Shown here in pieces: positions 50,155 to 62,011 of a DNA stretch of 64,000 bases. Within the stretch, counting starts at the first letter, position 1. Each line of letters starts with the position of its first letter. The position numbers and the translations under genes were made by a program. The DNA lies in the NCBI GenBank assembly GCA_010356995.1, contig ML996690.1, positions 79,101 to 143,100 of the forward strand. The letters are read 5' to 3'. This DNA comes from Trichodelitschia bisporula (lineage: Eukaryota). A model generated the notes under the pieces. It did no database searches and had not been told where the DNA came from. It worked only from the letters and a program-made list of their open reading frames with translations.

Positions 50155-52322
50155 AGGGCAATTGATGGGTGGTTGGTGATTGCGAAGCGGGAGCCGGAGT
50201 AGCTGGTGTTTGGGAGAAGAGCGTCTTAGCGTCAATAGTGGTTATCGTTGATGGTGATGTGTTGCCGGTGTTAATCATGCTCTAGATTTTCTAGATTTGC
50301 CTCAGCTGGGGCTCAGACCTGGCGGAGGGAAGTCGGGATGTAGATAGCGGTCATGTCTTTGTGGTATCTGTAGACGAGAGTTCGTGTGGGGCGAGACAGT
50401 GATATGTAACTAGCGGAGCACATTGCAACAGTGCTAGCCGAGTAACCATGCGTCTATCGTGATACAGCATACGGATGGTAACTGCGTACACAGTGGAGAT
50501 GGAAAAGTTGAAGAAGTGTCTGTTGGATCTCGACAGCCAAGACTTCATACCGTACGAGTGCAGGCCAAGGCAAGGGAAGGGAATGGGGACTTGAACGGTT
50601 GGATAGGGATCAACCAGCAGAGGCGGTCAAGACTCACGGGATGAGCTCCCAACCAAGGCGCGCCTAGCACCGACTGGGATGGGCCCGAACCCCGCGCCGC
50701 ACCAAACCAGTCTTGTCCTAGTCACCTCTACTCTGACCAGTGAGAGGCCGCTCCTCTTCACGGCCCAAAGATACTTGGAAATGTCGTTGCAACCGCCCTC
50801 TGCGAAAAAGCGTCCACGAGGCGGCCACGATTTCTTTGGCGTATTCTTGCTGCAACCGCTTACCGCCTCGCGCGCATCACGTGGAATTGACTTTGCGCAT
50901 CTTCATGGTACGGTACGCTCACTCCAGTCTTGACACTCTTTCTTCACTCACTCCCCGTAATCCTCTAGCTTCCAAAGACCTGTCTTCTGTTGCCTAAGCG
51001 GGAGAGGCACACGGTACAAGTTACTGTGGTAGGCGTCATCTTGTGCCTTGCGCTTGTCTTGTCTAGCTCTCGTTGCCCTTCCACTCTCAATCGTGATCCT
51101 AGCCCGCCCTAAATTGCCTACCGTACCAGCCCACTGCGGGTATCCGACTCGCTTACTTGCCAGTGTAACGCGCACCTCCGTTTCGTTTCGTCTCGCCTTG
51201 ACACTCTGACATTGGTGTCCCTCGAGATCTGGGCGGGGTTGGCGAGTAGCGAGTAATCGAGACATAGATCCGTAGAAGGCGAGAAATGGAGGAGTTGAAG
51301 CACCGTCTGCGAGATGATAGTAATCTAGTCAACCTTATCTCGGGATCCTAGAAACGGGGGGGCGTGAGCAACAAGTAGGAGGCGGACACCGGGCCGCCCC
51401 TCATCAACCACCACCTTACCACCCGTCGGTCATCCGCACCGGACACTGGGACCTCCCTCCACCTCTTCCACCTCCACCTTTCTTTCGCGTCTTTGCCTCC
51501 CCCGTTTTCCCTTCCGCCTCACCTTCTTTCCTCTAACCCTGCCGCCCCGAACTCTACCTTTTTTTTCCTGGTTCCCGAACGCTTGAAGGTGTTTGCGTAT
51601 GCGCTTGCAACACTGGTCAACCCGCCGAAGCAAGGCGCCAGGCAAGGCCCTAGGAACCCGAGAAAAACACAACCGGCCTCCCTCCTACCACCAACACCCC
51701 CCTCCCCTCCCCTCACTACTCTCTTCGCGTCCCGGCAATTTCCCACCCACCAGCAGCTTCACCACCGCCCTCCCATCTACTCTGTAGCCATCTCGGTTCC
51801 CGACCAACGCATACCTCTCTCGTCCCCTACCTCTTTACCACATTCCGCTGTCTTCGCTTCCAACACAGGGCCCTTGTAAGGCAAAGCAAGCCAGTCCTAC
51901 CCATCCCATCCCATTCAATCTCCTTCTCCCATCCCAACCTCCCGCGCACCGCGTCCCACGGTCCGCACCCACTCCCCCTCTCCGAAAACCCGCCAAAACT
52001 CCCCGAAACCCCCCAAAACACCACCCACCTCCCTCATTAACGCGTTAACCTACTCCTACCGCAAACCACCTCCACCACCACCACCACCACCACCACCACC
52101 TCCCCTCTTTCTATCCCAATTTTTGTTCCCCACCACCCTCGTTCACTCGCTCCTCCCACCCCCTCCTCATCTTTCCAACCCCATTGTTCACCCCGACCGC
52201 ATTCTGAACCACCCCATCGACCCCTCCACCTCGCACACCCCTCCCCCGCCGCGCGACCCCGTCTCTCTTAGGTCCACTATCTGCGCCTTACCAGGCCAAA
52301 TCGCTACTGCCATCGGTACCAA

Positions 52323-55046
52323 ATGGCGCGCCCATACAATACTGGGCAACATGGAAACAGCTATCACCATCCGCAGTTGTACTATGCACCGCCATTCAAT
52401 GACTCGACCGAGCAACCACCGCCGCAACCACCAACGCTGACCTATGCCGGTCAAACCTACCGGTCTGCAGCAGCTCCGCGTCAACTCCAGCATTTCACCT
52501 ACCACCAGACGCCGCAGCCGCCGCATCAACAACCCACTCATCTGCCGCAGCCGTCGCATCTCCTACCCCAGCCCTCGCACCTCCCGCCTCCCACTCCGTC
52601 AAACCAGTCCGCCCCACCCTCGGCCCCTGCTCCGCCACACCTCTCCACCCCACCCCATCACTCCGCTCCGCCCCTCCACCAATCAATCTCCCACCACGCT
52701 ACGGCCCACCATCCCGTGATATCACATCACCCAAGTCAACAACAAGTCCATCAGGTTCAGTCGCAGGTCCAGCAGCAGGTCCAGCAACAGGTTCAGCAGC
52801 AGCATCATTCCAGCCAGCAACAGCAACATCATCCCGTCCAAACCCAGCACTCTGCACCGTCTCACCATGCTACGCCTCCTACCCAGGTGCAGTTGCAGCA
52901 GGTGCAGCAGCAGTCGCAGCAGTCGCAGCCAAATCAGTCCGTCCAGCCGCAAAATGTTCCAGTGCGTGGTGGGAACGTGAGCAGACCACGCGGAAAACAG
53001 GCTCGCGTCAATGTCAGCCAGATCGTGCAGCCCGTGCAACCGGATATTCCGCAACAGCATGTCCAGCATCAACATCTCCAGCATATCACGCACGCGCAAC
53101 AGGCACAGCAGCAGCATGTCCAGCAAACCCAGCATGCTCAGCACGCCCAACATGCTCAGCACGCCCAGCACTCCCAGCACTCCCAGCATGCTCAGCAGGC
53201 GCAACAGGCTCAACAGGCTCAACAGGCTCAACAGGCTCAACAGGCTCAACAGGCTCAACAGGCTCAACAGGCTCAACAAGCTCAACAAACTCAGCAGGCG
53301 CAAATTCAAGCCCAGCACGTACAACAGGCGCAGCCGGTACAGCAGACGACACTAAATCCACTGTCTAACTCGTTGTCGAACCCAATGTCCACTTCCCTGT
53401 CCATCTCCGGAACCCATGTTTCGGTAATGAACGATAGTCGCGCCCATGAAAACGGCGACGACTCCTCGGACAGCGGCAGCGACGGTGAAGGCACCCACTC
53501 CCCGCAAAACGGCGCAATAAACGGGCGCGACGATCCGAGTCGCCGAACCCCGCCGCCGGGCATGTTCTACCTGGAGCCGCCGCCAGAGAACTCGTACGAG
53601 TCGTGCGACGCCGCCATGACCGCCATGCATAACTGGAACAAGCAGAAAGGTTTCGACGTGTCGAAGCAGAAGCCGCGCAAAAATCGCAACGGCGAGTTGT
53701 ACAAATACCTCTATCGCTGTACCAAGCACGGCAAGCTTGACAACAACCGCAAGCTGACGGATGAGACGCGCAAGCGCAAGCGCAAGAGTGGGAAGATTGG
53801 GTGTCCGATGGGTATCTACCTCCGTGCTGAAGACGCGTCGAACCCGTCGGGCCGCTGGTGCATCCAGTATCAACCCGAGGGCCGGAGCAAATTCCACAAC
53901 CACGAGGCCGTGCCGCCGCACGAGCTATCTGGCCACCGCCGCCGGCAGCGTACAGACGAGGTCAAGACCCTTATTCGCGAGCAACGCGCCGCCGGGATGG
54001 ACGTCACGCAAACCCTCTCCTACATCAAGGAGAAGCTGCCCGACGTCCTCGTCACGCGGCAAGATATCCTGAACTACCGCCGCCAGGACCCTGCGCCCAT
54101 CACCGACCATGCGAATTACACGGATCAGCCCTATGTGCTGGTTCTTTCGTTCCTCGAGGACTACGAGACGTGCATGTCGTTTGGGCAGCTGCTGCTTGCG
54201 CGTCTGCGGACGAAGATTCCGGTGTCGGTGTGTACGAAGGTCGAGCAGTACGCAAGGCATTTTGAGAAGAATCCGCCGCGTGCCGTGCTCGTCGTGGACG
54301 CTGCGATGAGTTATCCGGAGTACCGACTGCAGTTGGGGCGGCTAGTGACGTACAACCAAGACGGCGGGACCGTGATCTTCATGGGGCACTTCTGCAACGC
54401 GCCGCGCGAGAACATAAATTCCATGTTCACGCATCACTACAATCTGGACTGGGAAGTCAGCGGCGAGACCCCGAGCGAGTATCCTTTCAAGCTGAACGAG
54501 CAATTCGCCGCGGGGGCTTCGGGGCAGTATAAAGTTCTCGCCAAGAACTTCTCCGTGGGCACGGACGTCGCGTCCATTGAAGCGCTGCTCAAACTCGTCC
54601 CCAACGCTCCATTGCTAAACTGCCGCCTCTACGCTGTGAAGCCTAAAGTCACCGCGGAGCTCACCTTTGAAACGCCCGAGGCGGCCGAGAAAGTAATCAA
54701 GACCTTCCACGGGCAAACCGTCAACCTAGGCCGCGTGCACACGGCCGACGGGCGCGATCTCCAATTCGTAATGAAAAGCCGCGTGCCGATGGATCTCGCG
54801 GGCCTGACGGGACAACTGTACGTCAAGGCGCATTATTTGACCAAGGTCCGCGCCGAGCACATTGTGTACCAGTACTTGTTTACGACGGATGTGTACGGGC
54901 AGTGGATGGCGCCGTTGGCGAGTGGGGGGGAGCCCGTGGCGGCGGTGGCGTATATGAAGGTTGAGAAGGGGTTTATGGGGTGGGTTGGGCTGGATGATTT
55001 TAGTGATGCGTATGTGGGGGTTGTGAGGGCTATGTGCCAACTGTGA
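52323..55046 (+). CDS. Q/H-rich protein with FAR1/Mutator-type Zn-finger DNA-binding domain, GATase-like domain and inserted RRM
   Basis: 907-aa ORF; YRCTKHG..SGKIGCPM..W....HNH motif; PRAVLVVD..GGTVIFMGHF; RRM-like VLAKNFSVGT..AELTFETPEAAEKVIKTFHG. A tiny extra 3' exon is possible. Confidence 0.8.
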   Translation: MARPYNTGQHGNSYHHPQLYYAPPFNDSTEQPPPQPPTLTYAGQTYRSAAAPRQLQHFTYHQTPQPPHQQPTHLPQPSHLLPQPSHLPPPTPSNQSAPPSAPAPPHLSTPPHHSAPPLHQSISHHATAHHPVISHHPSQQQVHQVQSQVQQQVQQQVQQQHHSSQQQQHHPVQTQHSAPSHHATPPTQVQLQQVQQQSQQSQPNQSVQPQNVPVRGGNVSRPRGKQARVNVSQIVQPVQPDIPQQHVQHQHLQHITHAQQAQQQHVQQTQHAQHAQHAQHAQHSQHSQHAQQAQQAQQAQQAQQAQQAQQAQQAQQAQQAQQTQQAQIQAQHVQQAQPVQQTTLNPLSNSLSNPMSTSLSISGTHVSVMNDSRAHENGDDSSDSGSDGEGTHSPQNGAINGRDDPSRRTPPPGMFYLEPPPENSYESCDAAMTAMHNWNKQKGFDVSKQKPRKNRNGELYKYLYRCTKHGKLDNNRKLTDETRKRKRKSGKIGCPMGIYLRAEDASNPSGRWCIQYQPEGRSKFHNHEAVPPHELSGHRRRQRTDEVKTLIREQRAAGMDVTQTLSYIKEKLPDVLVTRQDILNYRRQDPAPITDHANYTDQPYVLVLSFLEDYETCMSFGQLLLARLRTKIPVSVCTKVEQYARHFEKNPPRAVLVVDAAMSYPEYRLQLGRLVTYNQDGGTVIFMGHFCNAPRENINSMFTHHYNLDWEVSGETPSEYPFKLNEQFAAGASGQYKVLAKNFSVGTDVASIEALLKLVPNAPLLNCRLYAVKPKVTAELTFETPEAAEKVIKTFHGQTVNLGRVHTADGRDLQFVMKSRVPMDLAGLTGQLYVKAHYLTKVRAEHIVYQYLFTTDVYGQWMAPLASGGEPVAAVAYMKVEKGFMGWVGLDDFSDAYVGVVRAMCQL
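53202..53291 (+). repeat. Coding 9-bp tandem repeat (CAACAGGCT) x8 perfect + 2 degenerate, encoding (QQA)n
   Basis: Read directly from the sequence. Confidence 0.95.
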
Positions 55047-55863
55047 GTTTCGCTTTTAGCGGTATTGACGAAGGCTAACGTGGTAGGGTTACGTGATCCC
55101 GTTTTATGCGGTGTGGGCGTTTTGCGGAGCGATGCATGGGGTGGATGTTTGCGGTGTTGCGGTGTTGCGGTGTTGCGGGCGAGATGGAGTTGGATGTATG
55201 GTTCGTCGTTTCGGTCCGAGGGCCACCCGATGAAATGGCGGCTGCTTCGCCTCGCGACCTGTGCTGGTGATAGGCACGGGTCGTGTGGATGAGGCGGCCC
55301 ATTCTTTCGGGTTGCTTCCTGGTCTATCATTATGTGGGGAGTTACAGTGCGGCATTCCTTTTTTTTTTTTTTTTGTATCGGGTTGTTTTCTGAAGGCGGT
55401 AGTAATGCTGTATTATACACCCCGTTCTGTGTCTTCTTGCATATCTGGCTTCTGATGAGCGTTTTTCATGCTATGGAGTTTGGAATGAGTTTTGTAATGG
55501 CGATTGTCTGTGGGGAAGATGTGGAGGATTGTTAGTGATTTGCGGGTGGATATTATGGAGTAATGGGCTTTATATTGAGCAGGCGGCGGGTTGTGGGGCC
55601 GCGTCTTCTTAACATAGGTCCCGGCAAACGATAAGTGGTGATAAACTCCCTCCCGAAAGCGGAAATCGACGAGGCGCGGAACGAGATTTCGAACCAATCA
55701 TCTCTTTCGCAATTTGCTGCTAACTAGGTAGTTCTAGTCCACCCGAGTATCAAACTGAACCTATTTATGCCTTTCAATTGCATGCATGCCATCGGGCCTT
55801 CCCTTCCTTCCACGCTCTTTCCCCCACGGCGCGAACTGCTTGCGGCCTCGTGGCGAGCTTCCC

Positions 55864-56211
55864 TTATGCTGGTGCGGCGAGGGGGAAGCCAGGAGAGCCC
55901 GCGCACTGCCCGTTGGCCATGGTGATTATCTTCCCGACGTCGGCTTTATTGGAACAGGCGCCTGGAATGCAGGTTTTGAAGGCGGTTTGTAGGGCGGCGG
56001 TGCCGCAGAAGCATTTTGGATCTGGTGGGGGTTAGGGTGGGTGAGGGGAGGGGGGGATGGGGGAGGTACCGGTGATTTTGCATTCCTTCGCCCCGGTGGC
56101 TATGCCCATTAGGCACTGCGTTGCGCAGGAGGGTATGCCCGCCGGGAGGGCTTGGGGGAGGGCGGTTGTTAGGGCGGGGAGGAGGAGGGTTGCGAGGGTG
56201 AGGAAGAGCAT
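55864..56211 (-). CDS. Small secreted CFEM-domain protein (99 aa, 2 exons; missed by the ORF track)
   Basis: Exons 56211-56070 and 56021-55864, GT-AG intron 56069-56022. Product: MLFLTLATLLLPALTTALPQALPAGIPSCATQCLMGIATGAKECKITDPKCFCGTAALQTAFKTCIPGACSNKADVGKIITMANGQCAGSPGFPLAAPA, with eight Cys in CFEM spacing. Confidence 0.9.
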
Positions 56212-57594
56212 TTTTGGTGGAGGGTAGCGGGGGGGGGGGGGGGGGGGGGGTTGATGCGGTTGAATGAGATGGGGTATTGAGGGATTGCGAGATTGAGGGG
56301 TGGAGATGGGATGGGGATGGGTGCTGCTTCACGATGGCCTCACGTCTTTTATACGTCCTCGCCTCACCTCCGTGGTATCGTTGACAAAGGGCGGGCATCA
56401 ACTCGAAGCCCCGATCTCAGCGACAAGAGGCTAATGTGTCTTTTTTTCGGATTCTTCCGCCGTGGCAGGTCTTTTCCAAGCAGTGAATACTCGCTAGAAA
56501 GACGGGACAAGGGAGGTGGCATGATGCCAATGCCTTTATCTACGACGGCACGACTCGTTCGCGGGGTAAAGTGTGGGGAAGGTGGATCTACACAACGTGC
56601 CGTGCTGCGGCTCGCACCGTGCCCGCGGGAGGCACGCGGGAGGGCTGGGTGGCATTGATGTGTTGGCGTAGTGGATTGGATGGCGTGTTTGGGATTTGCA
56701 GCATGGTGGGTGGGTGGGCGGTGGTGTTTCGTTTCGTTCTGTGCACGGATGGGGGGAAGAAGTTGAATTGAGGTGGGAGGTCGAGATGCACCCACGCATC
56801 AAGGGCTACGAGTACTGTTAATGGAAGCATAGGCTTGACGAGTCCAAATGGCTATGGGGTGAAGTGAGGAGTTGAATGAAAGGATGAAAGAAGAGAGGAG
56901 AGTCTCTAACTCTCTTCCTCTCGCTGTCTTCTTCAAATACTTCACAATTTCCATGTTGTCATGCACGTGTTGTAAGGTTAAGCCCTGCCTTACGAAGGGT
57001 ACATCAGTCACCCCCAAGATGTATGCGTGCGTCACTCAACTTAGTAGTGTCCTGAGCAACACCAAGCAAGTATTTCGTCAAACTGCCTCCTACATGCATC
57101 GAGTACGGAGTACAGCCCGCAATCTTTTGGGATCGAGTGAACGAGCCTTTTCTTTTCCTCTTGGTCCTGCCTGTTCTCCTCCAGTACAGCCAAAATAATA
57201 CCCGTGCGCAACTGGGGAAGTGTCACGAATTCGTTTCGTCCTTACATGGCGAGGGAGGCGTGTCGTCGAGTTGGTGTGGGAGGCCGAGATGCACCCACCC
57301 TGCTAGGGCCGATCAAGGCCTCGATCCCAGTGTGGGGTAACCTCCACATCTTCGAACGGGTAGAATTAGCGGCTGGGGTTCGTCGCCATTTCGACTCACC
57401 TTCGCGAAGCAACACCCCATCCAACTCCCCGGTCCAACTGCACTTCTGCTCCCCCTCCGCCCGGAAGATCATAACTAAGCCCGCAGACAGATGGCCGACG
57501 ACGAAGACCTCACCCCCAGGATGGCGACAGTTCGGTCGGCTGCTGTAACAACATGCACGCCAATGCTGCCGCGCTCCTATCACCTTTACAGTAC

Positions 57595-57715
57595 CGGCAC
57601 CGCATGAGTCGCTCCCGTCGTACCGCACCTCATCGGCACTACATGAGTCGCTCCCGTCGAACCTCATCGGCACCGCACGAGTCGTTCCCGTCGAACCTTA
57701 ACCTTATCGGCACCG
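57595..57715. repeat. Intergenic tandem repeat, 3 full units of ~34-40 bp (core cggcaccgcatgagtcgctcccgtcg) plus a partial unit
   Basis: Units start at 57595, 57634, 57668 and 57708. Confidence 0.85.
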
Positions 57716-58280
57716 GGAAGACTACCTGTTGCAGTCGGCCCGCTCCACGCCTGGATGCTCCCGCGCGGCCCCTATCCCTGCATACTTCCTCCCGAAATAT
57801 ATTCCGCCCCAGCGTACGCGTACAATTTCACGCCCATGTCCCGGGACGGGCTGTATATTGTGCGCGGGTGTAACCACCAGCTCTGACCATGGTTCGTGCC
57901 GGAGCGGCGATCTGCGCAAGAGAGGAAGGCGGCTTGCTTTCTGTCTCGCCTATCAAGCATGAAAAAGTATGGGGGAACCGAGAAGGATTTAAGCCCTCCC
58001 CTCAGCCCCTCACGCACCCGTTATCCAGCCATGAACGCCCTCTGTGCGGATTTTAGACTTTTGGGTGCGGCGAATGGGGTTGGCGTGATATAGCATTGTG
58101 TGACGGGGGCGGGATTGGAGATCGACCGGCTGGGGCAAACGGGGGATTTTATGTACATGCGAGCGCGCTCACGGTCTGCGCATCGACACTGCTGAGTTCG
58201 AATTTTGAGGCCGGTTCTTTTATATCAACGACAAGTCGCCGAAGACAAGCCGTCACCAACAAGTCATCGACTCCAAAACC

Positions 58281-59605
58281 ATGGCAACGCCGTCCCCGGA
58301 GGAGATAGATGCGTTCACCCGCATGACCGACGGGAGCCAGGACAGCCGCATAGCCCTCGTGTTGGCGGTTGAGATTCCGATTGTGGTTACCATGGTTGCG
58401 GTGCTGTGTCTCCGGTTCTACGCCCGAGCGAAGATTCTGGCACGGGATGACTGGATTATGGCCGCGAGTGGGGTGGGTTTACCGGAGTGGGATGGGGTGG
58501 TGATGCTGATGCGGGCAGGTATTCGCAACGGTGCAGACGATGCTTAGCTGTGTTTCGACGCGCTATGGCATGGGCGTACATGCGTGGAATCTGCACGAGG
58601 GGTGAGATGGCCTGACTGTGGTTGTGATACGTGACGAGGCTGACAGGACAGGTTCATCACGCGGGTTGCGAAACTGGCGTGGTGGTAAGCTCGACGACGT
58701 GTTCTTCGCGCCGCTGGCTAATGGTGCAGGTACACGGTGCTCTTCACCCCGACGACCACGCTCAGCAAGGTGTCCATCGTACTGGCGTACATGAAAATCT
58801 TCCCGACGCGCACGGATCGGATATTTTGTTACGCTATGCTGGTGTTCCTCGCGTTATGTGGGATAAGCATCACCATCGCGCTTGTGTTCCAGTGCATGTA
58901 CGTATGTCCTCTGAGGCCGTGTTGATGCTGACGGGTAGACCGGTGAATTCGTACTGGGACATTAGCATCACGGAAAATAAATGCTACAGCGAGCGAGTAG
59001 CCAGCATGGTCGTTTCCTCGTTCAACAGCCTCAGCGACCTGGCAGTCTTCCTCTGGCCAGCGCCAACGCTCTGGCAAATCTCCCTGCCGCTCAAGCAGCG
59101 CATCGGGCTACTATTCGTCTTCTGCATCGGATGCCTGTACGGTCCCCCTCCCACCCAATCCAAGCCCTACCCTAACTCCCACAGCGTCTGCGTCACCGGC
59201 ATCGTGCGCATCTACTACTACACCATGTTCTTCAAGAGCATAGACATCTTCTGGACCGGATCCATCATCCAAATCCTCGGCGCCCTCGAATATAATCTCG
59301 CCATCATCTGCGGGTGCCTCCCGGAGATACGCCCACTTTTCACGTGCAACTTCCAGCGCCCGGGTACGGCCGTTCCTCCCCGCAGCGCGCCATACTACTC
59401 GAAACAGAAGTCTACGCAAGGCCCGATGAGCAGCTCGCAGCGCACGTACCACTGGAGTCAGACGAAGAACCCGCTTGATTCGAATGAGGCGGTCCTATTG
59501 AGGGAGTTGGAGTCTGCGAAGAGGCCGCGTGGGAGCGTGCATAGTGAGGACGGGAGCGTCGGGGTTAGTGTAAATGGCGAGACGTGGTGTAAGGGCGGCG
59601 AGTAG
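58281..59605 (+). CDS. PTH11-like integral membrane receptor (fungal rhodopsin-like domain), no CFEM, multi-exon
   Basis: LRFYAR..DDWIM, KVSIVLAYMKIF, FQC.PV.SYWD, SDLAVFLWP.P.LWQISLPLKQR, EYNLAIICGCLP. Confidence 0.88.
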
Positions 59606-60407
59606 GGGGGAGGGGTTCGGATGGGGGGAAGGGCGGGAGCAGGCCCGCACGTGGATGCCGCTCCTGGTGGAGAGGCCTGGGTCTGGATAACGACGTTGCC
59701 ATGTGGTATCGACTCTTCGGCATGCTCACGCAGGTACACGCTGCGCATACCCGGCCGGAACAGTGACATCGCCTGGTATCCGCGGGCCGCGCGTGGTTTC
59801 GACGACCATCTCGCAGCGGGCGAAGTTTGCTCAGCCCAGCCGAGGCAACATCACGACTCACGTCGCACAAAGCCAATGTTTGAGAGCTTGGTACCGGCTC
59901 CCCGCATGTCAGCATGGCATTGACGAAGAAGGCGGTGTCAATACTCCCACCCGTGACGATATTCCACCCCGCCGGCCTGGGCCGGGGGGGGAACGGCAAT
60001 CTTCGTTCCTGGTGCAACGCTCGCGCTCGGCTCGGCTGGTATTGACTTGTACGACCGACACGTCAACGCGGTGCCGCATCGGCGTGTGACGCGGGAGGGG
60101 CGCGGATGGCGCTGGGGCGCTTTGGGACGTATTCTCCGCTCACCGCTGCAAGGCGCGTGGTACTGTCGATACATGCTGCGGGCGAGATGGCCGGCGTAGG
60201 CAGCTCACCGCCTGCCTGCCCTCGCGGCGGTCATGCTGGTGTGACGGCGCACGAAGGCTCGCGACCTTGCTGGACAGCTCGCCAGGCTGCATCGCCTTTG
60301 GCATGCTCGTTCTTTCACCGTCTCTTTGACCGCGGGAGGGCATATATACCGCGTTCCTCCCGCTCAACCTCCTCGCCACAACCGCCTCCAAATCACCAAC
60401 CGCCACA

Positions 60408-61022
60408 ATGAAACTCCAACTCTCAACCCTCCTCCTCCTCCTCCTCCCCCCCCTAACCCTAACCCTCGCCCTCCCCGCCCCCTTCCAGCCGCACCTCATC
60501 ACCCTCGGCAAGCGCCAATGCCTCGTCTACCCGGACGGGCGACAAGTCTGCGGCTCGAGCGAGAGCACGGAATGCACCACCTGCGCGCCGTCGCCACAGC
60601 CACAGGTTACGAAACCGGTGGTGCAGGTTGCGCCGCCGCCGCAGCCGCTGAAGACGAAGCCGGCGGTGCAGGTTGCGCCGCCGCCGCAGCCGTTCAAGAC
60701 GAAGCCAGCGAGTATCCCGGCAAAGGTGCCCGCTACGCCGATTGCTGCTCCGTCTCCGACGTCTGGGTTCTCGCCGGATCTGGGCGGGCCGCCGACGCCA
60801 ATTCCGACGCCGGAGCCGGACAGACTTGGCGAACTGAATACTCCAATTGCTGTTCCATCTTCGTCAGCTACGCCTACGCGGCCACATCGGCCGCCCCCGT
60901 ATATGGTCGATCCGAGTTTGCCTACGGGGTGGGATGGGCTTGCGTTGTCGGCGGAGGAGGAAGGTATGATACTTGCTGGGGTGCGTGGGAGGCCACCGGT
61001 GGGGATGGGAAAGGGGGAGTAA
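60408..61022 (+). CDS. Secreted Pro-rich protein with a Kex2 site and a small 4-Cys region
   Basis: Signal peptide MKLQLSTLLLLLL; KR followed by QCLVYPDGRQVC..ECTTC; repeated KP.VQVAPPPQP. Confidence 0.7.
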   Translation: MKLQLSTLLLLLLPPLTLTLALPAPFQPHLITLGKRQCLVYPDGRQVCGSSESTECTTCAPSPQPQVTKPVVQVAPPPQPLKTKPAVQVAPPPQPFKTKPASIPAKVPATPIAAPSPTSGFSPDLGGPPTPIPTPEPDRLGELNTPIAVPSSSATPTRPHRPPPYMVDPSLPTGWDGLALSAEEEGMILAGVRGRPPVGMGKGE

Positions 61023-62011
61023 CGGAATGGGTGCGGGTGCGGAGGCTGATTTTGGAATGCCTTGATTTTGTTGAGGAATGAGGCATTTGGTTGGTTCGAT
61101 ATTGGATATAGCTTGGAGCTTGTTAAGGCTGGATGAAGTGTCGGTTGGTTGAATATGATCAGGTGCTTCAGGCTGGATGGATTGTCGCTTGGTTGGGGTT
61201 ACACGCGCTGATGGTTCCCGGTGAATTCATGGCGCGCTTTCGCTACTGATGGTTTCTGGTTCCGGCGAGTGATGTGATGTGTGAACCGTGATCGCCCGCA
61301 TCTCGCATCCTACCCATCGCGCACCTCGTATTCCTTCTGATCGATCAAAGCTTAGCCGCGAGTTTGTCTAAAGAGTCAGCCTTGTCCCGTTTAGGCAGTT
61401 GGAAACGGATTCTCCCGGTGCTTGCGGCATCGGCTAGTTTGCCCGGGGATCGACAGATTAATCAGAGATTTTTTTTAGCCTTGTCCCATGGTTGTGTTAG
61501 GCCAGGAGCGGATGCGCGAGATAGAGTTTAAGGGGTTATATGTGGGGGTGTAATTAAGGCCTCGCCTCTCTATGCATCAGTTGAAGTGAAGTGCGGTCAA
61601 GTCGGCGTGCCGAGTGCCGCATTTCCATGTGTCTTTGCGGGTCAAGCCACTGGCGCCAGCCGCAAGCCAACAAACGTCACATGCAATGCACCATGCACAA
61701 GCTGGGTGATGCACTGATGCATGCCAATGCACCACCAACTCCACCAACTCCCCATCAACAACCTTGGCTTCCCCCTAGACACGCAGGCACAACAACAAAC
61801 ACCGTACCTTTACCAGTCTCGTTGGTGATCTTTGTCTGTAAAGGCGTTTGCAGTCATTCCTCCTCCACCACCTCCCGTACAGCTGCTTGCTACCAAAGGC
61901 CTAGCTGCTTCCCGTGGTAATGAGCCTTCCCGCCCTCCAGCATGAGAGCTCTGCCCTCTCCACTACCTTTTCGTAGTCCGTCTCTCTTCTCGTACGAACA
62001 TCGCCATCGAA

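Noticed and set aside
52722..53324. Leu/Ser repeat ORF on the minus strand
   Set aside because: Reverse complement of the QQA coding repeat.
52323..55046. Active Mutator transposon
   Set aside because: No DDE domain, TIRs or target duplication seen; only the DNA-binding module is present.
56229..56250. Long G homopolymer as a functional element
   Set aside because: Simple sequence in the 5' leader of the CFEM gene; similar C/G runs are common in this window.
57595..57715. CRISPR-like array
   Set aside because: Eukaryotic context; the linkers are short and similar to each other rather than unique spacers; no cas genes.
60451..60466. Telomere-like CCCTAA repeats
   Set aside because: Under three units, and they encode the Leu/Thr part of a signal peptide.
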